In this document: positions 1 through 767 of the stretch, in pieces
Position numbering within the stretch: the first letter of the stretch is position 1
Layout of the letters: each line of letters starts with the position of its first letter
Source: a phage
Direction: 5' to 3' (one strand)
Sequence record: MK836293.1
Length of the DNA stretch: 767 bases
Program-made: the position numbers and the translations under genes
The notes under the pieces: model-generated
What the model was told of the DNA's origin: nothing
The model's input: only the letters and a program-made list of their open reading frames with translations
The model's database searches: none

Positions 1-767
1 ATGAACAGCCCGACCGGCCAGGTATTCGCACTGCGCGCAGTATATGGTAAAGACCCCATCGCTTCCGGTGCTAAAGAAGCATTCCATCCAATGTATGGTC
101 CAGATGCAATGTTCTCTGGTCAGGGTGCTGCTAAGAAATTCGCTGCTTTGAAAGCAAGTGATACTCTTGAAGTTGGAACTATTTACACCCACTTCTTCCA
201 GGAAACTGGTACTGTATATCTGCAAGCTACAGAAGTTAAGCAAATTGATACTAGTGCATCTGACGCAGCTAAATTAGATGCTGAAATTAAGAAACAAATG
301 GAAGCTGGTGTACTGGTAGAAATCGCTGAAGGTATGGCTACTTCTATCGCTGAACTTCAGGAAGGTTTCAACGGTTCTACCGATAACCCATGGAATGAAA
401 TGGGCTTCCGTATCGATAAACAAGTTATCGAAGCTAAATCTCGTCAGCTGAAAGCTGCTTACTCTATCGAATTAGCACAAGACCTCCGCGCTGTTCACGG
501 TATGGATGCTGATGCTGAACTGTCTGGTATTCTGGCTACCGAAATCATGTTGGAAATCAACCGTGAAGTTGTTGATTGGATTAACTACTCAGCTCAGGTT
601 GGTAAATCTGGTATGACCCTGACTCCGGGTTCTAAAGCTGGTGTATTTGACTTCCAAGATCCGATTGATATTCGCGGTGCTCGCTGGGCAGGTGAATCCT
701 TTAAAGCTCTGTTGTTCCAGATTGACAAAGAAGCATTTGAAATTGCTCGTCAGACCGGTCGTGGTGA
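1..767 (+). CDS. 23: Major capsid protein of a T4-type phage (gp23 family, HK97-like fold), internal fragment; partial at both ends, frame 1, 255 complete codons plus 2 nt of the next codon
   Basis: Seen in sequence: frame 1 is open across the whole window with no stop codons; the other + frames are interrupted (frame 2 has TGA at 2-4 and 152-154). Established knowledge: the translation matches, from memory, the T4 gp23 segment ...QPMNSPTGQVFALRAVYGKDP...IYTHFFQETGTVYLQ...NPWNEMGFRIDKQVIEAKSRQLKAAYSIELAQDLRAVHGMDADAELSGILATEIMLEINREVVDWINYSAQVGKSGMTLTPGSKAGVFDFQDPIDIRGARWAGESFKALLFQIDKEA.EIARQTGRG, collinear with no indels. The ATG at 1-3 is an internal Met, not the start; the true start, the prohead-protease cleavage site and the C-terminus all lie outside the window. 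Confidence 0.95.
   Translation, partial: MNSPTGQVFALRAVYGKDPIASGAKEAFHPMYGPDAMFSGQGAAKKFAALKASDTLEVGTIYTHFFQETGTVYLQATEVKQIDTSASDAAKLDAEIKKQMEAGVLVEIAEGMATSIAELQEGFNGSTDNPWNEMGFRIDKQVIEAKSRQLKAAYSIELAQDLRAVHGMDADAELSGILATEIMLEINREVVDWINYSAQVGKSGMTLTPGSKAGVFDFQDPIDIRGARWAGESFKALLFQIDKEAFEIARQTGRG

Noticed and set aside
1-3. ATG at the very start of the window as a possible translation start
   Set aside because: The homologous T4 gp23 continues upstream for over 100 residues (QPM precedes NSPTGQVF in the reference as I recall it), so this is an internal methionine. No upstream sequence is present to assess a ribosome-binding site.
5-154. Short alternative + strand ORF in frame 2 (about 49 codons, bounded by TGA at 2-4 and 152-154)
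   Set aside because: It lies entirely within a strongly supported, highly conserved capsid CDS in another frame and has no start context. It is almost certainly a by-product of the frame-1 codon bias.
508-522. Apparent short tandem repeat gatgctgatgctgaa
   Set aside because: It is just the codon series Asp-Ala-Asp-Ala-Glu in the capsid reading frame (MDADAELS, conserved in T4). Two copies of a 6-mer are not a meaningful repeat or CRISPR-like element.
1-767. T4 late promoter (TATAAATA), terminator hairpins or other regulatory elements inside the window
   Set aside because: I found no TATAAATA match and no obvious GC-rich stem-loop followed by a T-run on reading through. The window is entirely coding, so internal regulatory signals are not expected and none is supported.
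1-767. Possibility that the window encodes a novel or undescribed biological system (defence system, toxin, mobile element)
   Set aside because: Every base is accounted for by a single conserved phage structural gene; there are no unexplained ORFs, repeats or intergenic sequence. Claiming novelty would not be supported by the sequence.

Overview
The whole 767-nt window is one uninterrupted + strand reading frame (frame 1, no stop codons) lying inside a larger gene, open at both ends. Its translation (MNSPTGQVFALRAVYGKDPIASGAKEAFHPMYGPDAMFSGQGAAKKF...IYTHFFQETGTVYLQ...NPWNEMGFRIDKQVIEAKSRQLKAAYSIELAQDLRAVHGMDADAELSGILATEIMLEINREVVDWINYSAQVGKSGMTLTPGSKAGVFDFQDPIDIRGARWAGESFKALLFQIDKEAFEIARQTGRG) is recognisable as the central part of the major capsid protein of a T4-type (T-even, Tequatrovirus-like) myovirus, the gene 23 product. 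By my recollection it corresponds to roughly residues 113-368 of the 521-aa T4 gp23. There is no sign of a novel or undescribed system: this is a well-known structural gene, and the window contains no intergenic DNA, RNA genes, repeats, CRISPR or mobile-element ends. The points worth a second look are modest: substitutions relative to T4 gp23 (recalled from memory) cluster in two short patches, codon usage is strongly biased toward enterobacterial high-expression codons, and the first ~36 nt use GC-ending codons unlike the rest. All comparisons to T4 are from memory and need an actual alignment to confirm.
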